Assembly: GCA_964012805.1 (NCBI GenBank)
Contig: CAXGUD010000026.1
Location: 1 to 48,260, forward strand
From: an uncultured Bacteriovoracaceae bacterium
GTDB taxonomy: Bacteria > Bdellovibrionota > Bacteriovoracia > Bacteriovoracales > Bacteriovoracaceae
DNA: 48,260 nucleotides
Direction: 5' to 3'
In this document: piece after piece, positions 38,969-48,260 of the stretch
How positions within the stretch are numbered: the first letter of the stretch is position 1
Layout: the number at the start of each line of letters is the position of its first letter
Made by a program: the position numbers and the translations under genes
The notes under the pieces: model-generated
What the model was told of the DNA's origin: nothing
Databases searched by the model: none
The model's input: the letters and a program-made list of their open reading frames with translations, nothing else

Positions 38969-40309
38969 TTAGCTGAATGATAATGCCTTTTTATTTTTTC
39001 TATAGAGAAAAATTTCAAAACCCAAAAAAGGTATGAAAAGGAGAAGTAGGAATATAAAAAAGAGGCCAGGGTTATATATGGCCAGTGAAATAAGGCATAA
39101 AAATGAAAGAGCGAGAGCAATGAAAGGGACAATAGGATAGGCCATTACTTTAAAGGGACGCTCCATTTTTGGGTGATCCTTTCTTAAGCGGAAAAGGCTC
39201 ACCGTAGAAATAACATAAAGAGTAAGAGCTCCAAAGCAAGCGATTGTAATAATTTCTCCTGTTTTTCCAGTCAGGAGAGAAACAATACCAATCATCATAT
39301 TAAAAATAAGGGCGTAAATTGGGGTTTTTGTTTTTTCTCCAATTTTACCAAGAAAGGAGGGGGCGTAGCCAACTCTTCCAAACTCAAAAGTCGCTCTGCC
39401 TGCAGCTAAAATAATTCCGTGAAAGCTTGCAACGAGTCCGAAAACTCCTATAGCAACGACAGTTTTAATTAGGCTTGGACTGAGTCCAGGAACTTTTGAA
39501 AGAGCAAGAGGAAGAGGTGCATCACTTGCTTCAGTTGCCCCACTAGGGAAAACAACTGCTTGCCAACCCGAAACACCAACAGAAGCAAAATAAGTAACGA
39601 CACACAAGATGACTAACGTAAACAGGGCCCGATTAAAGCCAAGAACGATGTTTTTTTGTGGATTTTTTGTTTCCTCTGCAACATTAGCAAGGCCTTCAAT
39701 GGCAAGAAAAAACCAAATGGCAAAAGGGAGGGCCTTAAAAATACCACTAACTCCATTTGGGAGAGAGTTTTGCTGAAAAGATGACCATTCAAAATGGGGA
39801 AGAGTGAGTGAACTAAAGAGGATGAGGCCGATGACAGCAATAACAGTGATTAAAAGTTCAAATGTTGCGGCCAATTGAACCCCAAGAATATTGATAAAGG
39901 TAAAAATAAAATAGGATCCTATGGCGAAGACAAGCGTATTTGTTTCAGGAAAGAGTGTGTTTAGGTAAGCTCCAATAGCAAATGCAATAGCTGGTGGTGC
40001 AAAAATGAATTCTATATTTTGGGCCATGCCTCCAATAAAACCCCACCTAGGCCCTAAAGCCTTGTGAGCGTAAATAAAGGCACCACCTGCCTTTGGAAGA
40101 GAGCAGGCCAGTTCTGTATAACTAAAGGTGAAAGTTGAATACATTATGATGACGATAAAAGTGGCTATGGCCATCCCTAATGTGCCGCCTTCTGGGAGTC
40201 CCAGGTTCCAACCAAAATACATACCTGAAATAACGTAGCCGACACCAAGACCCCAAAGCATAAGAGGAGTGAGGGTTTTTTGAAGTGCAGGTTGTTTTTG
40301 ATTATCCAA
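38969..40309 (-). CDS. eat: Ethanolamine permease-like APC amino-acid/amine transporter
   Basis: WGLGVGYVISGMYFGWN, FAIWFFLAIEG.AN.AEE, GLVASFHGII; about 12 TM helices; TTG start with GGAG RBS. Confidence 0.82.
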   Translation of the reverse strand: MDNQKQPALQKTLTPLMLWGLGVGYVISGMYFGWNLGLPEGGTLGMAIATFIVIIMYSTFTFSYTELACSLPKAGGAFIYAHKALGPRWGFIGGMAQNIEFIFAPPAIAFAIGAYLNTLFPETNTLVFAIGSYFIFTFINILGVQLAATFELLITVIAVIGLILFSSLTLPHFEWSSFQQNSLPNGVSGIFKALPFAIWFFLAIEGLANVAEETKNPQKNIVLGFNRALFTLVILCVVTYFASVGVSGWQAVVFPSGATEASDAPLPLALSKVPGLSPSLIKTVVAIGVFGLVASFHGIILAAGRATFEFGRVGYAPSFLGKIGEKTKTPIYALIFNMMIGIVSLLTGKTGEIITIACFGALTLYVISTVSLFRLRKDHPKMERPFKVMAYPIVPFIALALSFLCLISLAIYNPGLFFIFLLLLFIPFLGFEIFLYRKNKKALSFS

Positions 40310-40402
40310 AGTTAATCTCCTTTGAATTCCATAGGTGCCTTAATTTGTTGTGAAAAAAAATTTCCACCATCATAAAAGAATTATCAAAACACTGTCTTTT
40401 TT

Positions 40403-41014
40403 TTATTTATTTTTTTTGTAATTTTTTTGAAAAATTTCTTTGGGAATTTTTTGAATTTGATTTTCAATCATTTTGTCAAAAGCTTCGATGAGAGGCAAAA
40501 ACTTTTCATCGTCCTTTTCCAGAAAACTGAGGGTTTCGTAAACAGCTTCTAATGTAGAAAGTGCCTCAGAAAAAGGTTGTTTTCTAATTGTGTAGCGCGA
40601 AGTTTTACCTGGATTCAGCTTTACTGAGGGAAGATTTTTTAAAATAGGGTTTTTGTGAAGAAGCAGTTTGGACTTCCTCCATGTTCCGTCGACAGCAATG
40701 AGCCTCATTTTGCTTCTTTCTTCTAAAGGTAGTGAGTCAATTGATACTGCTTCATCAGTGGGAAAAAGAAGATAATTTTTTTTGTTATCTAAAAAAAGAA
40801 CATCATTCAGAAAATGTTCCTCGAAATTTTCTCCAGTATGTAAAGAACAATTTTTGAGAGAAAGGTCCAAAATTTTGGCAGTTCCAAGAGCATGTTTTTT
40901 TTCAGATACGTGTTGAAAGATAAGGACATCATTGAGATTATTAATCTTTTTTATGAAAGAGCATAAGCAAGTTTTGAGTGGTTTTTCACAGGTGTTACAA
41001 TAAAGTCTAGTCAT
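40403..41014 (-). CDS. DTW-domain protein (tRNA acp3U aminocarboxypropyltransferase, TapT-like)
   Basis: CxxC...CxC, QH.SE, LLFP, DGTW, LSTLEA. Confidence 0.9.
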   Translation of the reverse strand: MTRLYCNTCEKPLKTCLCSFIKKINNLNDVLIFQHVSEKKHALGTAKILDLSLKNCSLHTGENFEEHFLNDVLFLDNKKNYLLFPTDEAVSIDSLPLEERSKMRLIAVDGTWRKSKLLLHKNPILKNLPSVKLNPGKTSRYTIRKQPFSEALSTLEAVYETLSFLEKDDEKFLPLIEAFDKMIENQIQKIPKEIFQKNYKKNK

Positions 41015-41063
41015 GAGGACTTAGCCTATCATTTTTTTTGTGCAGAGACAAATGAGGTTTTTT

Positions 41064-42221
41064 ATGGAATTTAAGACGGAACTTATTTTTAGACTCCTTG
41101 TCGCCCTTTTCCTTATATATGTGGTCGGTAAAATAGCTGCGACTTTTATAAGAGGTTTTTTTACTGATTTTTTCAACGGTTCTGGAAAAAATAAAATCGA
41201 TATCGACCAAATGATAAAAAAACAAGTTCGAATTTTGAAAGAAGCACAGGTAGCCCAAGGAAATGATCTTAACCATGAAAACGGGTTGGACGAGAAGGGA
41301 AGTAAAAAGTTTAAAACAAATACTGAAAAAAAATATCATATGAGACTAGAAAAACTAAAAGAAAACTCTAGTAAAGTGGATGAAAAAAAAGATTTAGAAA
41401 AGGTTATGGTCTTTTTTGATAACCTCCAATGGGGAGAGGGAATCTTTTTTAATAAAATAAAAGAAAAAATGGAAAAGAAATTCCATACTTCTACTAATTT
41501 AAATGAAATATCAAGGTGGTCGCATACTCTTCTTCGAGAAGAGCTTTTCCTTTTTAAAAAAGATGGAAAACTACTTTCAATTAATGAAATTGAACGGCTC
41601 ATTGAGAATGGTCTTTTTTTAAAGAAAGGTTTTGAAGAAGCGAAAAAACGAAAAGGAAAACTTATTGGTTATTTAGCTAATTCAGAAGGTCTCCAAAGAA
41701 TTGAAATCTTGAGAGGATTGGAATATTTTTACCTTAAGAATTTAAAAGATTTTAAGAGTGGTGGAGAAGAAAAATTAATACCTCTTTTGTTAAAAAAAGA
41801 CTTTATCGAGAAGTCAAATTTGGAAGTACTGGCTCAAAAAAAATTAGATAAAATAACGATGAACTTGTTAGTAAATAGAAAAAGTGATTCGATCGTACCT
41901 CTTTCAAGTTATATTAAAGAAATCAGTGAATATGCTCATATGTTCTCTTGTTTAAATGAAATTCCTAAACCAAAAGGAGGGTTAGATATTAAAGTGGCCC
42001 TTGAGATGTTTAATTTAAGTGAAAATTGTACTCTTAATGAAGTTAAATCAGTTTATAAAAGGCTAGCCAAATTAAAGCACCCGGATAGGCTTTCAGGACT
42101 AAAAATACCTGAAAAATATATTTCGTTGGCAAACCATAATTTTTCTAATCTCCAGGATGCTTATAAAATTCTGACTAATTTTAAGAAAAAAGATCATTCT
42201 ACTAAAAACCAGCAGGGCTGA
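41064..42221 (+). CDS. Membrane-anchored protein with C-terminal DnaJ (J) domain
   Basis: N-terminal TM helix; EVKSVYKRLAKLKHPDR...LQDAYKIL. Confidence 0.85.
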   Translation: MEFKTELIFRLLVALFLIYVVGKIAATFIRGFFTDFFNGSGKNKIDIDQMIKKQVRILKEAQVAQGNDLNHENGLDEKGSKKFKTNTEKKYHMRLEKLKENSSKVDEKKDLEKVMVFFDNLQWGEGIFFNKIKEKMEKKFHTSTNLNEISRWSHTLLREELFLFKKDGKLLSINEIERLIENGLFLKKGFEEAKKRKGKLIGYLANSEGLQRIEILRGLEYFYLKNLKDFKSGGEEKLIPLLLKKDFIEKSNLEVLAQKKLDKITMNLLVNRKSDSIVPLSSYIKEISEYAHMFSCLNEIPKPKGGLDIKVALEMFNLSENCTLNEVKSVYKRLAKLKHPDRLSGLKIPEKYISLANHNFSNLQDAYKILTNFKKKDHSTKNQQG

Positions 42222-42303
42222 TAAAATTCAATAAATTTTATCGAATTTAGGTTGAGACTTTGATATATGGTAAACTACCCAGATACCTAAACAACTTTTC
42301 TTA

Positions 42304-43050
42304 ATGAAAAGTTTAGGAATTAAGATTAGAACATCATCGCTCTCCCTTCTAAACTTGATATTTATTCTTATAATAAGCCTATTTTTAACAGCGAACCCAA
42401 TGGGCAACGAGGTTGAATTAGGTTCTATCAAGAGGGTCTCTTATCAAAAAGGAAAGTTTTATAAAGTCACCGTTTCTAAGGATGTCCAAAAAATTATTCA
42501 AAAAAGTGTGAATGCCATTTCAAAAAAGTCGGGATGGTTAAAAAAATATATGAAAAACTTAGGGGAAGCTGAAGCCATACCTTGGCATAAAAATCTAGGA
42601 ATTACCAAAGAGGAGTATGAGTTTTTAAGGAAGGAAAGTTATGACCATTTTTCATTAGAGGAGTATGGGGAAACTATAGTGTCTGTAGGTGTAGATGAAG
42701 ATGAATATAAAGTTAAGATAGAAGGCCCTTCAAGTTTAGAGTTTAATTTTAATATATCAAGGGACTTAAAGCGGATGACTATGAAAGGTTTTAAATCTGA
42801 AGGGCGATTTGATGAAAGAGGCCAATTAATGGATTCTTTGGTTAGGGGAGATGGGATAAGGTGGAAGGTTTATGACATTTATGAACTCAATCTATCTAGG
42901 CTGACAGGTAAGTATTCAGAAATTACCTATCTTGAATTGGAAAATAAAAAGGAGTGTGCTTTTAGTATAAAAATTAAAGGTGCGAATGAAGGTGTGGTTA
43001 TTCTTAATTACCATTTTATGATTAAGTATCCCTGCATACAACAAATTTGA
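42304..43050 (+). CDS. Secreted/membrane-anchored hypothetical protein
   Basis: 248-aa ORF with N-terminal hydrophobic segment. Confidence 0.7.
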   Translation: MKSLGIKIRTSSLSLLNLIFILIISLFLTANPMGNEVELGSIKRVSYQKGKFYKVTVSKDVQKIIQKSVNAISKKSGWLKKYMKNLGEAEAIPWHKNLGITKEEYEFLRKESYDHFSLEEYGETIVSVGVDEDEYKVKIEGPSSLEFNFNISRDLKRMTMKGFKSEGRFDERGQLMDSLVRGDGIRWKVYDIYELNLSRLTGKYSEITYLELENKKECAFSIKIKGANEGVVILNYHFMIKYPCIQQI

Positions 43051-43054
43051 GTTA

Positions 43055-44434
43055 TTAAAGGTAATCTTCCAAATCTTTTGCTTTTTCAATACCGATAATT
43101 TCAATATCAAATTTCTTGTAGAATTCCTCAGACGCTTTTTTGGAAGTAATAACTTTTTTATAACTTAGTTGTTGGATTTCTTTGAGGTGAACCTCAATTT
43201 GAGAGCAAGACCTTACTTCACCCGTAAGTCCTACTTCCCCCAGGAAAATAACTGAAGAATCAATTGGTTTTGATTTAAATGAACTAAGAATGGAAGCTAT
43301 TAAGCTTAAATCGCCTTCTCTTCCTCTTAATTTTAAACCACCAACAACATTAATATAAAAATCCTGATCACTAATTGATAGGTCAAGATATTTTTCTATA
43401 ACCGCAATAAGCATGGAAAGTCTATTTGAATCAACTCCTTGAGTTGTTCTTCGTCCATTTCCAAATTTATTATTCGTGACGAGTGCTTGAGTTTCAACTA
43501 TTATTGGCCTTGTTCCTTCTAGTATGCAGGTAAGGCTCCTTCCGTAGGATTTTTTTAGTTGTTCTTCAAGGAAGTATTGTGAAGGGTTTCTAACTTCATT
43601 TAAACCTTTTCCAGTCATTTCAAAAACTCCCACTTCATTTGTATTTCCAAACCTATTCTTGATAGACCTTAATACTCTATAGTTCCCAAATTGATCTCCT
43701 TCAAAGTAAATGACTGTATCTACCATATGCTCTAGAATTTTAGGGCCAGCAATGGAACCTTCTTTTGTAATATGACCAATGATAAAGCATGTGATATTGA
43801 AACATTTTATAGTGTTCATCAATTCGTAAGTGACATCGCGTATTTGCGAAATTGTTCCTGGTGGAGAAACTAAATCTGCTGAAATAGTTGTTTGAATGGA
43901 ATCAATGACAAGAAATTTAGGTTTTATCTTATGTATATGGGTTTTTATTTTTTGCCAATGAGTTTCATGGTAAATAAATAAATTTTTAGCTTCTATATTA
44001 AGACGCTTGGCCCTAGATCCTATTTGTTCAATAGATTCTTCTCCACTAATATAAAAAAAACTGTCGTCTTTTTGCTTGTTTGAGAGATTTCCTATAACTT
44101 TTGTCAAAAGAGTTGATTTTCCAATCCCCGGCTCACCCCCGATAAGTGTGAGTGATCCTTGAGTAGCACCTCCGCCTAATACTCTATCAAACTCTCTAAT
44201 TCCTGAAAGTATACGGCTGTTTTCTTTAAAAGAAATTTCTTCCAATCTTTTTGGGCTTTCATTCTCTTCTATTGAAGGGTTTTTATTTTCAAATAAGCTT
44301 CCAATTTCAGCTGAGTAAATATTTTCCTCTAGGGTGTTCCACTCTTTGCATTCAGGACATTGTCCTGTCCACATTGCTGACTCAAAATCACAATTTTGAC
44401 AAATGTAAATTTTCTTTGACTTCTTTTTTTTCAT
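43055..44434 (-). CDS. radA: DNA repair protein RadA/Sms
   Basis: C4 zinc finger, GEPGIGKST, KNRFG, Lon-like C-terminus GEVGLTGEVR. Confidence 0.98.
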   Translation of the reverse strand: MKKKKSKKIYICQNCDFESAMWTGQCPECKEWNTLEENIYSAEIGSLFENKNPSIEENESPKRLEEISFKENSRILSGIREFDRVLGGGATQGSLTLIGGEPGIGKSTLLTKVIGNLSNKQKDDSFFYISGEESIEQIGSRAKRLNIEAKNLFIYHETHWQKIKTHIHKIKPKFLVIDSIQTTISADLVSPPGTISQIRDVTYELMNTIKCFNITCFIIGHITKEGSIAGPKILEHMVDTVIYFEGDQFGNYRVLRSIKNRFGNTNEVGVFEMTGKGLNEVRNPSQYFLEEQLKKSYGRSLTCILEGTRPIIVETQALVTNNKFGNGRRTTQGVDSNRLSMLIAVIEKYLDLSISDQDFYINVVGGLKLRGREGDLSLIASILSSFKSKPIDSSVIFLGEVGLTGEVRSCSQIEVHLKEIQQLSYKKVITSKKASEEFYKKFDIEIIGIEKAKDLEDYL

Positions 44435-44476
44435 AAAAAAGTTTCCTTCGAAAAAGCGTTAAAGAGCAGATGTGGG

Positions 44477-47023
44477 CTAATCTAAATTATCTGAAAAGTT
44501 ATTATCGACTAGAAATGTTAAAGCGGTTTGCCTTTTTGAACTATCAACTTGCTTTGCGGCCATGGAAAGAGCCTTTCGGCTGCCTACAAAAATGAGCCTT
44601 TTTTTTGCCCTGGTTAAGCCAGTATAGATGAGGTTTCTAAAGAGCATTTTAAAGTGTTGGGTGGAAACTGGAATAATGACGGCTTCAAATTCACTTCCTT
44701 GGGATTTATGAACTGTGATTGCATAAGCTAAAGACATCTGAGTAATGTCACTTTTCTCATAATGGACTTCTTTTGATGTTTCTCCAGCTTTATATAAAAC
44801 TAGACACTGACCTTCGGTTGCGTCGATATTTAATATTTTGCCGATATCCCCATTAAAGACTCCTAAGTCATAATTATTTTTAGTCTGAATTATTCTATCT
44901 CCCTCTCGAAAAATACGGTCTCCTATTTGAATAGTCTTTTTTTCGGTTGAGGGAGGGTTAACTGAATTTTGAATAACTTTATTAAGGTTAGAGGTTCCAA
45001 GAGTTCCCCGAACTTGAGGTGAAAGTATTTGAATTTCTATGTTAGTTCCTAAAAATTTTGGAAGGGTTTTTGTATAGAGCCTTTTAATCGTATCCACAGC
45101 TGTCATTCCATAATTTAGAGAGCTGTAACGCGGAACTTTTTTAAGGATATTTTTGAGTTCCTCAACTTCGCTGCAAGCTTTGGTAAACTTATTAAAATCG
45201 ATGTGAAGAAATTTTTTTGGAACAACAAAAGTTGAAAAGTCTTCGAGATTTTTTGTAAAATTTTTTTGAAGAATCAGTTCTTGGTTGCTTTCTTGTTTTT
45301 TGAGGATTCCTACTGTCTTATCTTCACTTTTAATAACAGAAGAAACATCTGAATTAATAATTTGATCAACAGTTTTTTTAGCTTTCTGAATGAAGTTTAG
45401 TTGTTCTTTTGTTGCCTCTTCAGAGTCAATAAAAAGACAGTCTGATTTAGACTGCCAAAGGGTAGGATTTTCAAGAGGAGTCTCAATATTAGGTGCAATG
45501 CCTTGATTAATCTTATGAGCATATTGAATAATATTAGATTCCTTTGCTTGTCGGAACACTTGTGTGAGTTTGAATTGAGGTATATTTGGACTTCTCAAGA
45601 GGTCGTGAAGGACATTTCCAGCTCCAACTGAGGGCAGTTGATCTGGATCACCTATGAAAAGTACCTGCATGGTTTTTGGAATGGCCCTTAATAAAGCCGC
45701 CGCTAAATGAACATCCAGCATAGAAGTTTCATCTATAATTATAAAGTCACCTTGAAGAGGGTCTTTTTCATCTTTTTTAAAACCCCCCTTTTCAGGAGAA
45801 AAGGAGAGAAGTCTATGAATAGTTCTCGCCTCCATTCCTATAACTTCACCCATTCGTTGAGCCGCTCGACCAGTTGGTGCGGCCAAAACTATGTTCTTTT
45901 TCATAGCGATTAATAAAGCAACAATCACTTTAGTTGTTGTGGTTTTTCCACAACCTGGTCCACCTGTTAAAATTGAAAAATATCTTTGAACGACACCGTA
46001 AACACTATTTTCTTGTTCCTCACTTAAAAAGAATTGATTGTGTTCACAATATCTCTTGACCCAATTTTTAATTTTTTCAATAGGAAGGGACAAACTCTCT
46101 TTAGAGTGGAAACTTACTTTGTCTGCTATATAATTCTCATCATAATAAAGAGAACACGCGTAATAACAATCCTGGATATCATCCCCTGAAGAGACTTGCC
46201 TGAACGAAATTTCTTTATTTATAATTAAGTTTTTTATTTCAACTTCAATTAACTCTTCTTTCTCTAAACCTAATAATTCTTTTGTTTGATTTATAATTTG
46301 ATTTTTGGAAAGAAAACAATGACCAGATTCACGTGCATTACCAAGAACGAATTGGATTCCAGCTTGGATGCGTTCCATACCTTCTGGGGGTATACCCATT
46401 TTTATAGCTATTTTATCTGCAGAAAAAAAACCGATACCGTAAATATCTTTTGCCAGGCAGTAAGGGTTGTCTTTGACTTTACTGATGGCCTTATCTCCAT
46501 AGGTTTTATAAATTTTAACCGCAAAAAGTGTGCTTATTCCGTACTGTTGGAGGAATAGCATAACGTCTCTTATCGCCCTGTGATCTTGCCAAGACTTTTT
46601 TATTGTAGATAATTTCGCACTAGCGATGCCGGGAACACCCATCAACTCGTCAATAGGACCTTCAAAAACACTTAAAGTCCGGTTTCCAAAATGAGAGACG
46701 ATTTTTTTTGCTGTTTTTGGACCCACTCCTTTGATGAGACCAGAGCCTAAGTACTTTTCTAATGCTGCTATTGATGAAGGCTTTTTTTCAAGTATTCTTT
46801 CAGCTTTGAATTGCTTCCCAAACTTTTTGTGGTGGTCCCAATGTCCAAAAAATTGGAGGCTTGATCCAGCAAATACTTTTACTTGATGGACGATGACAGC
46901 AATGAGCTCTTGGGAGTTATCGAATGACTTTACTTTTAAGACAGACCATCCGTTTTCCTCATTATGGAAGGTCACCCTCTCAACAGTCCCTGAAAAGCTC
47001 TCTTGTGGCGTAATTTGCGACAA
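44477..47023 (-). CDS. recD2: ATP-dependent RecD2-like DNA helicase
   Basis: N-terminal OB/HhH (YLGSGLIKGVG), GGPGCGKTT, DETSM, GDPDQLPSVG, HKSQGSE; TTG 47023 with AAGGA RBS preferred. Confidence 0.95.
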   Translation of the reverse strand: MSQITPQESFSGTVERVTFHNEENGWSVLKVKSFDNSQELIAVIVHQVKVFAGSSLQFFGHWDHHKKFGKQFKAERILEKKPSSIAALEKYLGSGLIKGVGPKTAKKIVSHFGNRTLSVFEGPIDELMGVPGIASAKLSTIKKSWQDHRAIRDVMLFLQQYGISTLFAVKIYKTYGDKAISKVKDNPYCLAKDIYGIGFFSADKIAIKMGIPPEGMERIQAGIQFVLGNARESGHCFLSKNQIINQTKELLGLEKEELIEVEIKNLIINKEISFRQVSSGDDIQDCYYACSLYYDENYIADKVSFHSKESLSLPIEKIKNWVKRYCEHNQFFLSEEQENSVYGVVQRYFSILTGGPGCGKTTTTKVIVALLIAMKKNIVLAAPTGRAAQRMGEVIGMEARTIHRLLSFSPEKGGFKKDEKDPLQGDFIIIDETSMLDVHLAAALLRAIPKTMQVLFIGDPDQLPSVGAGNVLHDLLRSPNIPQFKLTQVFRQAKESNIIQYAHKINQGIAPNIETPLENPTLWQSKSDCLFIDSEEATKEQLNFIQKAKKTVDQIINSDVSSVIKSEDKTVGILKKQESNQELILQKNFTKNLEDFSTFVVPKKFLHIDFNKFTKACSEVEELKNILKKVPRYSSLNYGMTAVDTIKRLYTKTLPKFLGTNIEIQILSPQVRGTLGTSNLNKVIQNSVNPPSTEKKTIQIGDRIFREGDRIIQTKNNYDLGVFNGDIGKILNIDATEGQCLVLYKAGETSKEVHYEKSDITQMSLAYAITVHKSQGSEFEAVIIPVSTQHFKMLFRNLIYTGLTRAKKRLIFVGSRKALSMAAKQVDSSKRQTALTFLVDNNFSDNLD

Positions 47024-47242
47024 AGGGATTCCTTCTTTTACAAACAAGCAGTTTAGCTTGATGTTTATAGCAATATGAAAAAAAGAATGCACTAAAAAAG
47101 AGTTATTTAAGTAATTAGAGCATAGTAAAGGCTTGTTTTTTTTCATCTTTAAAATTTTTTTTGTCCAATCTGAGAGTCATTAATTAAAAACAATGAAATG
47201 GTCTTAAAATAAGGGGTATGGGACTTTTTTAGAGAGAAGATT

Positions 47243-47620
47243 ATGAATTTAGAAAGTTCAAAGCCTGCAATATTTATGGAGGAAAAGTTCGAAGGCGAGG
47301 GCTTATTTATTTTACATTTTCCAGATGTATGCCTTTCTTGCGGGAGAAGCTTTCAAAATAGTAAAGATTTTTTGGAAAATACTTTCTTGCTTCCGCAGGA
47401 GACATATTTTGATGCAAATACAAATAATGTGGTCGATCATAGAAACTGTGGCTGTGGTGAGACTCTCATTTTAAGAAGAAAGAATAGAAGAGATCAAACG
47501 AAAAAAGGGAACCAAAAACGTCAGGCGTTTCAAAACCAACTGATCTTTCTCGCTAAAAATGGGGTACCTATTGAAAGGGCACGGACTATATTAATGAGGG
47601 GCAAAAAAAATAACCGTTGA
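47243..47620 (+). CDS. Small hypothetical protein with CxxC...CxC metal-binding motif
   Basis: FPDVCLSCGR...RNCGCGETL. Confidence 0.75.
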   Translation: MNLESSKPAIFMEEKFEGEGLFILHFPDVCLSCGRSFQNSKDFLENTFLLPQETYFDANTNNVVDHRNCGCGETLILRRKNRRDQTKKGNQKRQAFQNQLIFLAKNGVPIERARTILMRGKKNNR

Positions 47621-47881
47621 TTTTTTTCTGGTGTCAAATTGACTGCTTAAACTACAAAATTCTATCTTAATAAAAATAATATTTTACTTTTCTTCTTTTT
47701 ACCTTTTAAGAATTAGTTATGTAAGATATTGATTTTAAAGAGTTTTTTATCTCTGTTTTCTTTCCGTGAATCAAATTTTTGTTAAAGTAAGAAGGTTTTT
47801 ATTTTTTCTTCTTTATAAAGTTTTTCTGTTGGTTTTTTTCTTATTAAGTTAAAAGAGATTAATGAAAATTCTTAAGGAGGA

Positions 47882-48260
47882 ATGATGAAACAATCATTTA
47901 AATTCCTCATTGCCTTCTCTCTTTTTTTTGGCAGTTTTTCTTATGCAGCTTACGCATCGAATGCTGCAAAAGCTAATAAAAATGAGGGCGGAGTCAGTGG
48001 GGAAAAAGTAACAAAAACTTTTGAAAGAAGTCCACGTCCAAGACCTGGAAGGGCCGTAAGTCCTGGCAGAAATTCTGGTAATAATAGAAGAGTTTCTCCA
48101 AACAGGCCGAGGTCAAATCGCCGTGTTGCACCAAGTAGACCGAGTTCGAGTCGTCGTGTTTCTCCAAGTCGACCAAACAACAACAGAAGGGTGGCTCCAC
48201 CAAGGCGTGGTGGAAGTGGAAACTCCAGAGTTAATCCACCAAGACGTGGTGGAAATGGAA
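47882..48260 (+). CDS. Partial secreted Arg/Pro/Ser/Gly-rich repeat protein (runs off window)
   Basis: AAGGAGG RBS; manual translation MMKQSFKFLIAFSLFFGSFSYA...RRVSPNRPRSNRRVAPSRPSSSRRVSPSRP..., with no stop before the window end; absent from the ORF track. Confidence 0.85.
   Translation, partial: MMKQSFKFLIAFSLFFGSFSYAAYASNAAKANKNEGGVSGEKVTKTFERSPRPRPGRAVSPGRNSGNNRRVSPNRPRSNRRVAPSRPSSSRRVSPSRPNNNRRVAPPRRGGSGNSRVNPPRRGGNG

Noticed and set aside
197..47078. Numerous 60-180 aa ORFs overlapping larger genes
   Set aside because: They lie antisense or out of frame to well-supported genes and show no motifs
47950..48203. Two minus-strand ORFs with apparent repeats
   Set aside because: Antisense to the plus-strand repeat protein, which has the RBS and signal peptide
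1..48260. CRISPR arrays, tRNA/rRNA, IS elements, prophage
   Set aside because: No repeat-spacer arrays, structured RNA signatures, or transposase, integrase or phage proteins recognised by eye

Overview
AT-rich, gene-dense bacterial chromosomal segment with about 45 CDS. I recognised no rRNA, tRNA, CRISPR array, transposase or phage genes. Gene content suggests a predatory Bdellovibrionota organism (Bacteriovorax/Halobacteriovorax-like); this is an inference from a Bd0055-type bacterial histone, PilZ/REC proteins, an AgmX/PglI-like C-terminal domain, many secreted orphans and sigma28-like promoters. Recognisable modules: LysR/YceI/pirin/FMN-reductase cluster, flavin monooxygenase, membrane class III cyclase, MltB-DacB-KamA run, cold-shock protein, LOV + TIGR01777 + CarH-like MerR cluster, kbl-tdh, two-component/PilZ genes, two outer-membrane barrels, a five-gene gamma-glutamylation catabolic operon with an ethanolamine-type permease, DTW protein, J-domain protein, radA and recD2. 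Main points of interest: (1) a monocistronic bacterial histone with a 25-aa Lys/Ala-repeat N-terminal tail; (2) a CarH-like regulator lacking its B12-ligand residues, divergent from a LOV protein; (3) a large GAF protein that appears to hide a split, divergent class III cyclase fold; (4) a lipoprotein protease with three YEATS-like repeats; (5) a degenerate Doc/Fic-like gene pair. All family assignments come from motif reading by eye, with no database searches.
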